DNA of 64,000 bases from Patescibacteria group bacterium (lineage in GTDB: Bacteria > Patescibacteriota > Patescibacteriia > Patescibacteriales > WJLG01), in contig JAQTUZ010000005.1 of NCBI GenBank assembly GCA_028707065.1, positions 3,334-67,333 on the forward strand, given 5' to 3'. The translations under genes and the position numbers were made by a program. Positions 34,101-40,855 of the stretch are shown in pieces. Each line of letters begins with the position of its first letter. Position 1 is the stretch's first letter. Under the pieces are notes generated by a model. It saw only the letters and a program-made list of their open reading frames with translations. It made no database searches and was not told the origin of the DNA.

Positions 34101-37100
34101 AAGCGCCGCTAGTTAAAACCGTGGAAGTGGACTGCTTGTACTGGATCAGCGAAAAAGGCTGAGCGGGAAATTCGGAAAGACTGACCAGGATTTCCGTACT
34201 GGCGCTGGCTTTGCGGCCGAACGTATCATAAGCGAAAATATTGAAAACATAGGTATAGCCGGTGGTCAAACCGGTAATGGTCGTCGAAGACTTGCCGTTA
34301 AAATTTATATAGCCCAAAGAAGCGTCGGAAGAAGAGCCCCAAAGCGAATCAGTTTCTTTAACGCCGCTTGTCCCCTGCTTATAGAAAATTTTATATTGTG
34401 AAAAGTTGGGATCTGAACTTGGCGCGCCAAAATTAAATTTTACGTTAGTGGCGCTTTTGGAATTAAAAATCAGATTCCCCGGGACAGTCGGCGCCGCCGT
34501 GTCGATCTTGATATTCGGCACCGTCGCGTTGAATTGCTTCCAATTTCTGGCGCAGCCGTTACTATCGCAGGCCAAAGCCTGCCATTTATAGTTACCATCG
34601 GGGATCGTCTTAAGATCAGCTTTGATCTCGTGGTTGGAATACCAGACTCGCGAGGCGCAACTTGCGTAAGCCGCGCCTGACGAACAAGCGCCGACCGGAG
34701 TGGTAGTGGCGGTAAGATACGGCTCGCTCGTCGTCGCCAGCTGATAATAAATCGTTACCAAGCCGCCATCCGGGTTGGTAGAGGTAGCATAAAGATTTAT
34801 TTCGTCCGCGTTGATCCAAGTATTATTGGCGATTGCCGTCGAGCCATCGGCCAAATATTGCTCCAAACTTCCGGCAATGGCAGGAGCATTGTTCGTGGTA
34901 ACAACGACTTCGCTGGTCCCGCTCGCCTTGTTGCCGTAAGAATCAAAAGCCCAAATATTGAAAACGTACTGGGTGTTGCCCAATAAGCCGCCGATCGTGG
35001 TGGTGGCCGCGCCGCCATAATTCACGCTGCCTAAATTAATATCGCTGGTGGAACTGAAAACAAAATCGGTTTCTTTGACGCCCGATGAGCCCACTTTGTA
35101 GAAAATTTTATACTGGTGGAAATTATTATCGTGAGCGGCCGAGCCGAAAGCCACCGTGACCGTACCGCCGGTCTTTTTGGAATAAGTCAAGCTTCCCGGC
35201 GGCAGCGGAGCCGCGTTATCGATATAAACGCTGGTGGTGGCGACATTATGATTGCCGCCGCGATTATCGTTGATGATCAGTTTGACGCAAACCGTGCCGG
35301 TGGCGGTGGGCAAATCAATCTTGGAAAGCCAAAAAGTATTGACGGCGTTGGCCCCGGCCGAGGTGGTGATATAACCCGATGAATTGCCGATCTGATCGGA
35401 GTTGCTGTTTAAAACCTTGGGGTCGCCGTGAGCGGCTGTCGTATTGGCGTCGGTTTCGTCGATGCGCGCCTTGTAAGCGGTGGTGCGGCAATTGGCGTCA
35501 AGATAATAATCCGCCCGGGCGGTAAGCGTGTCGTCCAGATCCGGATCATTGGCGGTAAAATTAAGATCAACCCCGCCTGAACCGTCGGATTTTTCCGTCG
35601 CTGAATTAAAAGTCACTGTCGGCAAGCGGTCAGTGCGCTCCCAAACCAGAGTCGTACTGGATTTGTGGCCCACCAGATCATAAGCCCAAAGCGAAAAACT
35701 ATAAACCGTACTGGTGGCCAGGCCGGTGACGGTAGTCGAGGATTTGCCGTTAAAAGTCCGCGAAGCAAGGTTGGCGTCCGAACTTGAGCCCCAAAGCGAA
35801 TCGGTTTCATGGATCGGCGTGGTTGAGCCAAGGCGGTAATAAAGTTTGTATTGGGAAAAATTCGCTTCCGTGGCCGCCGTGGGAAAACTCAATTTAATCG
35901 AAGCAGTGGTGGAAGCGACAGGATTCAAAGTGTTGGAAAAGATCGGCGCGTTGGCATCGACTAGAAAATTCGGGATCGAAGAATTGAATACGGCCCAGTT
36001 GGAACAGCCGCCGAGCGAATCGCAAGCCATGGCTTCCCATTTATAACCGGCGGGAGAAGTGGAATCCGGCACGCCGGGAATCATCACCGCTTTTTTATTA
36101 TTGGTCAGATAAAATTGTTCCGGGGTGGAAGTGGAGTAAAAAGTTCCCGGACTGTTTTGGTTGCGATATTCGGTGATAAGCCATTTGGTCGTCCGGGCGG
36201 TCGCGCCCAGGTGGACTTCGTCGATGATGCCGGTGAAATAGTCGGTTTCCGCGCCGCCGCCGCCGTAATAAGCGCGGCCGATATTCGTCGGCTCATTGTT
36301 AGTGTCGATAGTGCCGGTGCGGGCGGTAATCCCCTGCTGGGCGCCATTGTAGTAAGCGCGCAGATTAGAACCGTCATAAGTTGTTGCCGCCCAATACATG
36401 GTCCCGGCTGCCGGAGCAGTCGTGTCTTTTGCCACGTATTGCGTGGCGGCGCTGCATATTTCCCCTTGCGGCAATTTATTGGCCGAGGCATCATAGCTTA
36501 AAGTATAAATGACGAACGGAGCGACGTGGGTCGGTTGCATCTTGCCGATTATCTTCGCCCAGTTGCCGTTTCCCGCCGCCGGCTGATTCCAGGCGGAAAG
36601 AGTCATATTCGGCGTCAGATCAAGATCGCCCAAATTGATCCAGGCCGCGCCGTTAAAATTACGGGCGCCGCCGATCTTGCCGGTGGTATTGGTGGTTCCG
36701 TTGTCCGCGCCGTTCCACGTTCCGACCGAATCCTTCATACTGCTGTTTTGATAATGAAAAACAGCCGCGTAGCCATTGGACCAGACAGCGCGGGCGCCAT
36801 AGGTAGTGGTTGAAGCGACCTGGGCCGCGGTCGATGAGCCGTAGTAGAGATAGAAAGTGATATTGGAAGAAGAGGAAATGGAATCGGCGCGGAACCAGAC
36901 TTCGCCGGTTTTAGTGGAAGTGGCCAGTGAAACGACCTCGACCGGCATTCTGGTGCCCGAGGAATTAGTGATCAAAATATCGCCGCCGTCGCTGTTCCTT
37001 TTGGTGCGCGACCAAAAAGTATTAGCCGTACCCAGTCTGGCCATATCCAGATAGATCGGAAAATTAACCAGGGCGCCGCCGATCTGAGACGATTGGACTA

Positions 37101-40100
37101 CGATCGGCTGGCGATATTTATAACTGGTGGCGCTGCTAGACCAGCCGGAAGTGGTAGTGGCGTTGGCCCAAATATTATTACCGCAGGAAGAATAAGCCAG
37201 ATTATTCTTGCAAAATGTAGCTGGCGCGGTCGTCGCGGTATTATACGATGAGCCGCTGGGGATCAATTGATAATAAACCACCAAGGGATCGGAATCCTTG
37301 TCAGTGGATGTCGCCTGAAGATTCACCGTACTCTGCAAGGTCCAGGCGCCGTTGGTAATCGGCGTGGAAGTGCTTAACGGATATTGCTGCAGGGGGTAAG
37401 GATTGGCAGGCACGTGGTTAGTGATCAGCGTTTCCGAACCGAGCGCCGCGGCCACCGTGCTGGAAGCGTATTTGCGGACGCGATAATTATCCCAAGTGCC
37501 AAATTGGTTGGCGGCCACGCCATATTCGCCATCCGTGTAAGAAGTGTTGGTCGTAGTACAAGTTGATAAGTATGGCGTGGTAGTGGCGCCGGCATACAGG
37601 GAAGCCTGCAGCAGGCCGGTGGAGCGCCAGGTGAATTGGAGAAAATACCAAGTATTGGCAACGACAGTATAGGTATTGCTATTGGCAATGACCTGGGCGC
37701 CATCAAAATCTTTTCTGATCGTCAAATAATAAGTGCCGCCCGTGCCTCTGGTATCAGTGAAAACGGTATAACCGATCAATTCGCCGCCGCCGGTAGGATG
37801 CCCAACCTCAATGCCGGGCAGCGCGCCCAAAGTACTCGACGATTGGCTCATGGTCCAAGTTTCCCAGATAAGGTTTCGGCCTGAATTAATACTGGGGCGC
37901 GTGCCCAGATGCTTGACGCCGGCAGTATTGCTTTCCAATCCCAAGCTGCCGTATTTGGCGGCAATGCCGCCGATCCGCGCCAAGCTCAAGCTGCCGCTGG
38001 TAAAATCGTTGCTGGTTTCAAAATCATTGAAGTAAACAAAAGTATTGGCCCCGGAAGAATAGGAAGCGGCGGCGCTATTGCCATAATAAAGATAGATCGT
38101 TTTATTGCCGGTGATCAAAGGGATTTTCACCCAAACCTTGGTATAAGATCTGTTGCAAGTATTCGGCTCAAGAAAATAATACAGCTCGCTGGTATCGCTA
38201 TATCGATTGGAATCGGCAAAAGCGATATCCGAGCAGTCTGAGTTCATTTTGCCCGCCGCGATCAAAGTGGCGGTATCGATAGTGACCGGCACTTGAAAAT
38301 CAGTCAAGGTGTTGCCGCCGGCGTAAGTGACGCTGACCGGGACTTCATAATTCCAGCTGGCGTTCCACCAGGGATCCAAAAGCCCATAGCCTGATTTGTC
38401 GCCGACGGTTTCCAAATAAAATTCGCCCTGGGAACCGAAAGTAAAAGAAATATTCATTTTAAAATATTCGGTTTCGCCGGGCTGAATGCTGAATTGTCCG
38501 GCAGCCGTGCTGGAACGGGGCACGAAATTTTCCGGCACGCTTTTTTTACGCGGGCCAAGACCGAATATTTTTTGCCAAAGATTTCTTTGATCCGGAAGTT
38601 TGCCGGCTATGATCTCCGCGGCATTCCATTGATCGACATTTTCCATTGCCCCGGAACTGCCGACGATCACCTGGTTTTGCCGGCACTTTTTTTGATCAGG
38701 AGAAAGCGAATCGCATTGCCGGCTATTATTTTTCCCCGGGCAAAAATAAATTTGGCCGGAACTTGTCGCTATCTTGGCAGAATTCGCTTCCTGCTCGGCG
38801 GAACTTGTCGCCTGTTCTACGGAGCTTGTCGCCTGTTCGGTAGAACTTGTCGCTTGCCATCCGGCAGAACAATAATAAATGCGGTCGCCCCGGGTCGGAT
38901 TTTTCACGGTCATGGCTCGGCGGCTTAATTTTTCCAAACCGGTCATATTGCCGTCGGCGGCGGGAAAATAAGTTTGCAGGCCGAAATTTTCCGTTTGCTC
39001 GCCCTGATTGGTAACGCTGAAATAAACCAGCGCGCCGTTGAGGCCGGAATAATTTTGCCGGTCGGTCTTGATGATCAAGTTTTCATCATCAACGGCATCG
39101 GAGTAAGCGAAATCGATCTTTTGGCCGTCAGTGGTCAAGGGCGCGTCATTGAAAAAATGTTCTTCGGCGCCGGGTACGCCGAGCTGATCCTCGGTTTTTT
39201 CCTCTGCGGCTTTCACCTGGCCTTGGTTGTAATCGACTTCCAGCCAAAGGCCGTCCAGATAAATCTTGGCTGCTTTGGCCGAGAGATCAGCGGCGGAAAT
39301 TTCGCTGTTTTGATAGCTGATCCTGACGCGAAGGTTATTGATATCGTCCCAGGAATTAAAAACGGGCAAAGCATAAAGGAAGTAACCGCCGTTGGCGGCA
39401 TTGGCGACTCCGCCCTTGAGAAACAGATCGCCGGCCGTTTGCCAATCCCCGCCGGTGGAATATTCCACCAACAAATGATCAAAAGTGAAAGTGCTGGCCG
39501 CGGCCAGCGATAATCTTAACTGGACGTTGGTTATTTCGCTGGCGGCAGAATAGCTGTCGAGGTTAAAATCGGAAAAGATCAAACTGTCTTTAAGTTCAGC
39601 CGGCTCGACCGCTGCTTTTGAATTATTCAGCTCTGGCGAAGAAGTGGCCGCATCGATCGCGTTTTCCGCCAAAGCCTTGGGGGCGGAAATTAAATTATGC
39701 CAAAATTGGCCGATGGCGCGCGCCGTGGATTTTAAATTAAAGATCAGGGAAACCGGGCCGCTGTCCGCGCCGCCGCCATTAGCTCCCTGATCAATACCGG
39801 TCGGAACCGGAACGGAATTATTATCACTTCCTCCCGGCGCCGAATCAATCGGCGCGCTCTCCGCGGAATTATCCGGTAAAGTCAAGGCTGGATCGCCGGC
39901 TGGCTGGCTCGAATCGTTTTCTCCCGCAGCCGGACCGGCTTCGGGCAAATGATTTTGGCCGGCGGAAGAATCCAACGCTGGCGCCGCCGGCAAGCCGCCG
40001 TCTCCGGAAGAAGATCCGCCGGAATCAACCGGCTCTTGGATTGCTCCGTCGTTCACCAGAACCGGCGAAGATCCTTGATCGGCCGGAACCGGACTGGGCG

Positions 40101-40533
40101 GAACAGGCGAAGAACCGAGGAAAATTTCCGTAGCAGTGCCGGTGGCCATTGTCGGCTCGGTCGACCCATTAGCGGCGCTCGAAGTCGCCAGCTTGGCTTT
40201 GTTATCCAAAATCCCCGTCGGCAAGCTTCCGCTGCCAAAAATCAAAACCGCGGAATTATTATCATTGAACGCGGAAAAATCAGCCGCCTGATCCGCTTCG
40301 ACGGTCAATGCCTTTTCCGGATTCTGCCAGATGGAATCGCTTTTGATCGCCGGATTATTTAAATCCGCGGCATTGCTTTCCAAACTAAAACTTTGCGGGG
40401 ATAGCTTAATCTGTTCATCGGAAGCTTTAGCTGAAAAATTGTGTCTTAAATAGCCGAAAGACAGGATGATAAACAAAGTTAAAAATCCTAATTTGAACAA
40501 CGGGCTCTTGATAATTTTTTTTACTCTAGGCAT
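28105..40533 (-). CDS. giant (4142 aa) modular surface protein: fn3/Ig-like arrays, three DUF2341-LamG cassettes, Cys-rich C-terminal region
   Basis: Uninterrupted 12,429-nt ORF. It has an N-terminal signal anchor (LFKLGFLTLFIILSFGYL) and a long P/S/G/D-rich segment. fn3-like modules recur (FSQYKIFYK..GL..Y.FNI.AYD), as do Ig-like modules with conserved Cys pairs (WQALACD..GC..W). The composition is T/S/A/G/N-rich. Confidence 0.85.
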   Translation of the reverse strand: MPRVKKIIKSPLFKLGFLTLFIILSFGYLRHNFSAKASDEQIKLSPQSFSLESNAADLNNPAIKSDSIWQNPEKALTVEADQAADFSAFNDNNSAVLIFGSGSLPTGILDNKAKLATSSAANGSTEPTMATGTATEIFLGSSPVPPSPVPADQGSSPVLVNDGAIQEPVDSGGSSSGDGGLPAAPALDSSAGQNHLPEAGPAAGENDSSQPAGDPALTLPDNSAESAPIDSAPGGSDNNSVPVPTGIDQGANGGGADSGPVSLIFNLKSTARAIGQFWHNLISAPKALAENAIDAATSSPELNNSKAAVEPAELKDSLIFSDFNLDSYSAASEITNVQLRLSLAAASTFTFDHLLVEYSTGGDWQTAGDLFLKGGVANAANGGYFLYALPVFNSWDDINNLRVRISYQNSEISAADLSAKAAKIYLDGLWLEVDYNQGQVKAAEEKTEDQLGVPGAEEHFFNDAPLTTDGQKIDFAYSDAVDDENLIIKTDRQNYSGLNGALVYFSVTNQGEQTENFGLQTYFPAADGNMTGLEKLSRRAMTVKNPTRGDRIYYCSAGWQATSSTEQATSSVEQATSSAEQEANSAKIATSSGQIYFCPGKNNSRQCDSLSPDQKKCRQNQVIVGSSGAMENVDQWNAAEIIAGKLPDQRNLWQKIFGLGPRKKSVPENFVPRSSTAAGQFSIQPGETEYFKMNISFTFGSQGEFYLETVGDKSGYGLLDPWWNASWNYEVPVSVTYAGGNTLTDFQVPVTIDTATLIAAGKMNSDCSDIAFADSNRYSDTSELYYFLEPNTCNRSYTKVWVKIPLITGNKTIYLYYGNSAAASYSSGANTFVYFNDFETSNDFTSGSLSLARIGGIAAKYGSLGLESNTAGVKHLGTRPSINSGRNLIWETWTMSQSSSTLGALPGIEVGHPTGGGELIGYTVFTDTRGTGGTYYLTIRKDFDGAQVIANSNTYTVVANTWYFLQFTWRSTGLLQASLYAGATTTPYLSTCTTTNTSYTDGEYGVAANQFGTWDNYRVRKYASSTVAAALGSETLITNHVPANPYPLQQYPLSTSTPITNGAWTLQSTVNLQATSTDKDSDPLVVYYQLIPSGSSYNTATTAPATFCKNNLAYSSCGNNIWANATTTSGWSSSATSYKYRQPIVVQSSQIGGALVNFPIYLDMARLGTANTFWSRTKRNSDGGDILITNSSGTRMPVEVVSLATSTKTGEVWFRADSISSSSNITFYLYYGSSTAAQVASTTTYGARAVWSNGYAAVFHYQNSSMKDSVGTWNGADNGTTNTTGKIGGARNFNGAAWINLGDLDLTPNMTLSAWNQPAAGNGNWAKIIGKMQPTHVAPFVIYTLSYDASANKLPQGEICSAATQYVAKDTTAPAAGTMYWAATTYDGSNLRAYYNGAQQGITARTGTIDTNNEPTNIGRAYYGGGGAETDYFTGIIDEVHLGATARTTKWLITEYRNQNSPGTFYSTSTPEQFYLTNNKKAVMIPGVPDSTSPAGYKWEAMACDSLGGCSNWAVFNSSIPNFLVDANAPIFSNTLNPVASTTASIKLSFPTAATEANFSQYKLYYRLGSTTPIHETDSLWGSSSDANLASRTFNGKSSTTVTGLATSTVYSFSLWAYDLVGHKSSTTLVWERTDRLPTVTFNSATEKSDGSGGVDLNFTANDPDLDDTLTARADYYLDANCRTTAYKARIDETDANTTAAHGDPKVLNSNSDQIGNSSGYITTSAGANAVNTFWLSKIDLPTATGTVCVKLIINDNRGGNHNVATTSVYIDNAAPLPPGSLTYSKKTGGTVTVAFGSAAHDNNFHQYKIFYKVGSSGVKETDFVFSSTSDINLGSVNYGGAATTTIGGLLGNTQYVFNIWAFDSYGNKASGTSEVVVTTNNAPAIAGSLEQYLADGSTAIANNTWINADEINLYATSTNPDGGLVTIYYQLATTSEPYLTATTTPVGACSSGAAYASCASRVWYSNHEIKADLKTIPDGNYKWQALACDSNGCARNWKQFNATVPNIKIDTAAPTVPGNLIFNSKSATNVKFNFGAPSSDPNFSQYKIFYKQGTSGVKETDSLWGSSSDASLGYINFNGKSSTTITGLTTGYTYVFNIFAYDTFGRKASASTEILVSLSEFPAQPFSLIQYKQSTSTVLTSGAWTTSNTVNLWATSTSATSFSLYYELLDNANTFTVATSVPATFCYSGTTFASCAGKIWTNNAITGGWYSKGYQYRTPIVVQSSQIAGALTNFPVYLDMARLGTTNDFWGHTKRNSDGGDIVITNSTGTRMPVEIVSLATSTYSGEVWFRADSISSSSNYTFYLYYGSSTASQPASSTTYGARSVWSNSYLAVYHLATDNFKDSTGNYNGTNVGTTNTTGKLGVAKNFSGTAQAINLADIDVTTGATYSAWATRGTLVNYAKIIAKTQTSAVAPYAIFNLGVDASANKLLHAEVDSGGTAYHAYSTTVLPTTFSYVAGTYDGLNLRAYYNGAVQGTTPHTGTIVTNNDPTQIGRSYFGGATTEYWTGIIDEARIASVARSGKWLLTEYNNQNSPGTFYSTSTEQYYLTPVNKAAMITLIPDSSYKWHALACNSGGCSPWAPYNLSTPNFRIDTIAPTAPGQLSLVSRKTTSITLGFGSPSYEANFSQYKIFYKQGTSGVKESDTLFGSSSDSSLGYLNYNGVPSITIDGLTANTQYVFNIWAYDQAGNKSSSTAVTFQTSNSLTEVYYYTSGATEGWINSPYAWDNTDDTYAYRNVPGSSADDSANYLQGTANNVATTTKSILDVELGLEGYNNDPNNISYKIIPLFSGLTAGNTYTLAGSLFGRTDSDTTFYDDITSDANAPAAWIWDDIINLDAKVYALNASSTVVTADVDQIRLRVTVDSYPDNAGSLYQYQSDKVTVITNGTYFNQKNIVLSGQATDPDPSETLSIYYQFIPTSQTFATSTAKPSGACASPDYSGCTSKIWVVTYSGAPQDFSVTPYIGTSSLTDIPDGAYKWQALVCDASDICSAWAGFNASTPNITIDTAAPATPGNLVFSSHTSGSINVHFGSATTDTNFYRYRIFYKKGSTSPVTESDSEQSDTNLNYINYNGAVTTTVAGLAKSSWYTFNIWAYDLAGNKASATVAMIASTTSGYLLAQTSYLIENDDGASVNLNTAPGLAGAPLANVEKGQRLNARVQIQNTGADQTYNKRFKLQYENNTDSPGIWTDVGAATPISYSYGISGANGDSITTNKAAANGNTWSDGFFQENTNLTNMYNLLSSHYTEFAFAVQTVNATVGKTYRLRLIDGTGSSTFDVYSAYPTLSLVANDTKRYSKDILSSLPVNSVNLTYFLDNPGYTAVSTDNNDRDSMTSGSGQYPIYNFAARDGKTTYALNVSWNGQSSVAPTANYVNLQVYRFGSVNAWTSVASNSSAALNTDFTLSGTIDYRISDYLSGGYVYYRVYQQAGAEILRSDYWSFTTSTPSSYVIGKHYRWRADDASAGTWREAEDTPDPTLGTAISKKTNIRLRLSFANTKAGTAANYGFGLQYATTTTNCSSGALSSWYQVRSTATSTYQFQIATSTQYSDASTTRAWLSTNGYAYATGRMVNGPSATSAAITLAEDQDTEVEFAIKATTNAKAGQTYCFRGTKNNVALDAYDRYAELTVAGTTNTAPSFTSVPSDGGSATSTPTAYGQNVNFSATSTDPQTDQYYLAICKTSAITAGNGGAPTCPGGSWCISSRASSSAAASCSASTSHLYSEYYDWYGFACDYHYGAGIAQCSAVSQGQAGSPNASTFRVNHPPSFSAVATLNDYKDPGSLIDIQATAADSDTDNSWSYYVCSTNGATAAGCTGGAGNTICSTTATTTANPICHYQNISPYPAGAYTYYAFVFDNFSLGATTSPRTSSYHINNTAPSLGALALNNNADITLNIKGAADKQVQLIDTSVTDLNGCQTLVSATGVIYRTALGYVCAANDNNCYQLTTSDCVKSDCSGPTDAIATYTCTANMKFFAEPTDNSTGNIWSTDTWSGRLQVYDGSNYMSTTSPTVEVNTNLALNVPEENIDFGRMDAGTDTGSVNQSVTVINNGNSPINSDVAGTDMTGLIVSTLDSTYIHWDLTQNFSYSSGSTLKNGGELVSLNLAKPTSNSDVSDLIYWGIGIPATSTRTSFHGSSTFAAILNGSGW
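28108..29650 (-). other. giant-1 C-terminal Cys-rich region plus beta-sandwich tail (paralogous to 20103..21866)
   Basis: It starts near NTAPSFTSVPSDGG (about 29620-29650). The tail LALNVPEENIDFG...IYWGIGIPATSTRTSFHGSSTFAAIL ends at the stop codon. Coordinates are approximate. Confidence 0.6.
32900..33890 (-). other. giant-1 DUF2341-like + LamG-like cassette 3
   Basis: WYSKGYQYRTPIVVQSSQIAGALTNFPVYLDMARLG (about 33850-33890), then YLYYGSSTASQ (about 33605), then a LamG-like region ending LLTEYNNQNSPGTFYS. Coordinates are approximate. Confidence 0.55.
36110..37125 (-). other. giant-1 DUF2341-like + LamG-like cassette 2
   Basis: YKYRQPIVVQSSQIGGALVNFPIYLDMARLG (about 37050-37125), then FYLYYGSSTAAQ (about 36840), ending ITEYRNQNSPGTFYS (about 36140). 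It is a close paralog of cassette 3. Coordinates are approximate. Confidence 0.55.
37470..38375 (-). other. giant-1 DUF2341-like + LamG-like cassette 1
   Basis: DPWWNASWNYEVPVSVTY (38341-38377), then IYLYYGNSAAASY (about 38060), ending WDNYRVRKY (about 37470-37500). Coordinates are approximate. Confidence 0.55.
38759..38863. repeat. 21-bp in-frame tandem repeat inside giant-1
   Basis: Copies are gaacttgtcgcctgttctacg (38801), gagcttgtcgcctgttcggta (38822), gaacttgtcgcttgccatccg (38843), with a partial copy at 38759. They encode ATSSTEQATSSVEQATSSAEQ. Confidence 0.7.
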
Positions 40534-40544
40534 GGGCTAAACAT

Positions 40545-40642
40545 AATCCGAACCTACGAAATATCCGAATACTACGAACATCGCCGCAAACCTTTATTCG
40601 GTTCGCGGAATTCGTAGTATTAGAATATAATTCGTAATATTC
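40545..40642. repeat. family B inverted repeat in the 5' leader of giant-1
   Basis: Left arm aatccgaacctacgaaatatccgaatactacgaac. Right arm gttcgcggaattcgtagtattagaatataattcgtaatattc. Confidence 0.7.
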
Positions 40643-40729
40643 TGATTATATTTTAACGAACTTATCCCTTTAATTTTAGTACTTCAAACACAAAATTTCC
40701 GCTAAAAAGCGTATAATCTGGCATCTTAA

Positions 40730-40738
40730 ATTATATCA
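40730..40738 (-). promoter_or_regulatory. extended -10 promoter (TGATATAAT) for giant-1
   Basis: Minus strand reads ttgtgaTATAAT with TG at -15/-14 and a poor -35 (T-run). It sits just downstream of the terminator at 40752-40791 and about 190 nt upstream of the ATG at 40533. Confidence 0.45.
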
Positions 40739-40751
40739 CAATTTTATCAGC

Positions 40752-40791
40752 AAAAAAAGAACGAAAAGTGGTTAACTTTTCGTTCTTTTTT
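40752..40791. terminator. bidirectional intrinsic terminator after 40856..42604
   Basis: A-run (40752-57), a 12-bp perfect stem agaacgaaaagt / acttttcgttct with loop ggtta (40758-40786), then a T-run (40787-91). Confidence 0.8.
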
Positions 40792-40855
40792 ATCTACTAT
40801 TAGCTATTTATTGTCGTAGTGGAAAACCGTTGTTTTTTAACGCCCTATTTTGAGC

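Noticed and set aside
28300-40362. Dozens of 60-190-aa plus-strand ORFs inside giant-1, and likewise at 52421..63851 inside giant-2, some appearing as paralog pairs (60962..61405 and 62417..62866).
   Set aside because: They are antisense shadows of the giant ORFs. Their apparent paralogy only mirrors the 1,455-bp sense-strand repeat. None has a start context or any motif.
40712-40791. A ~65-nt plus-strand sRNA running from the TATAAT at 40712 to the bidirectional terminator.
   Set aside because: The -35 is absent. The box overlaps and faces the better-placed minus-strand TGATATAAT, and the two TATAAT boxes form an inverted repeat, so it may be only a structural palindrome. It is mentioned in a finding but not called as a feature.
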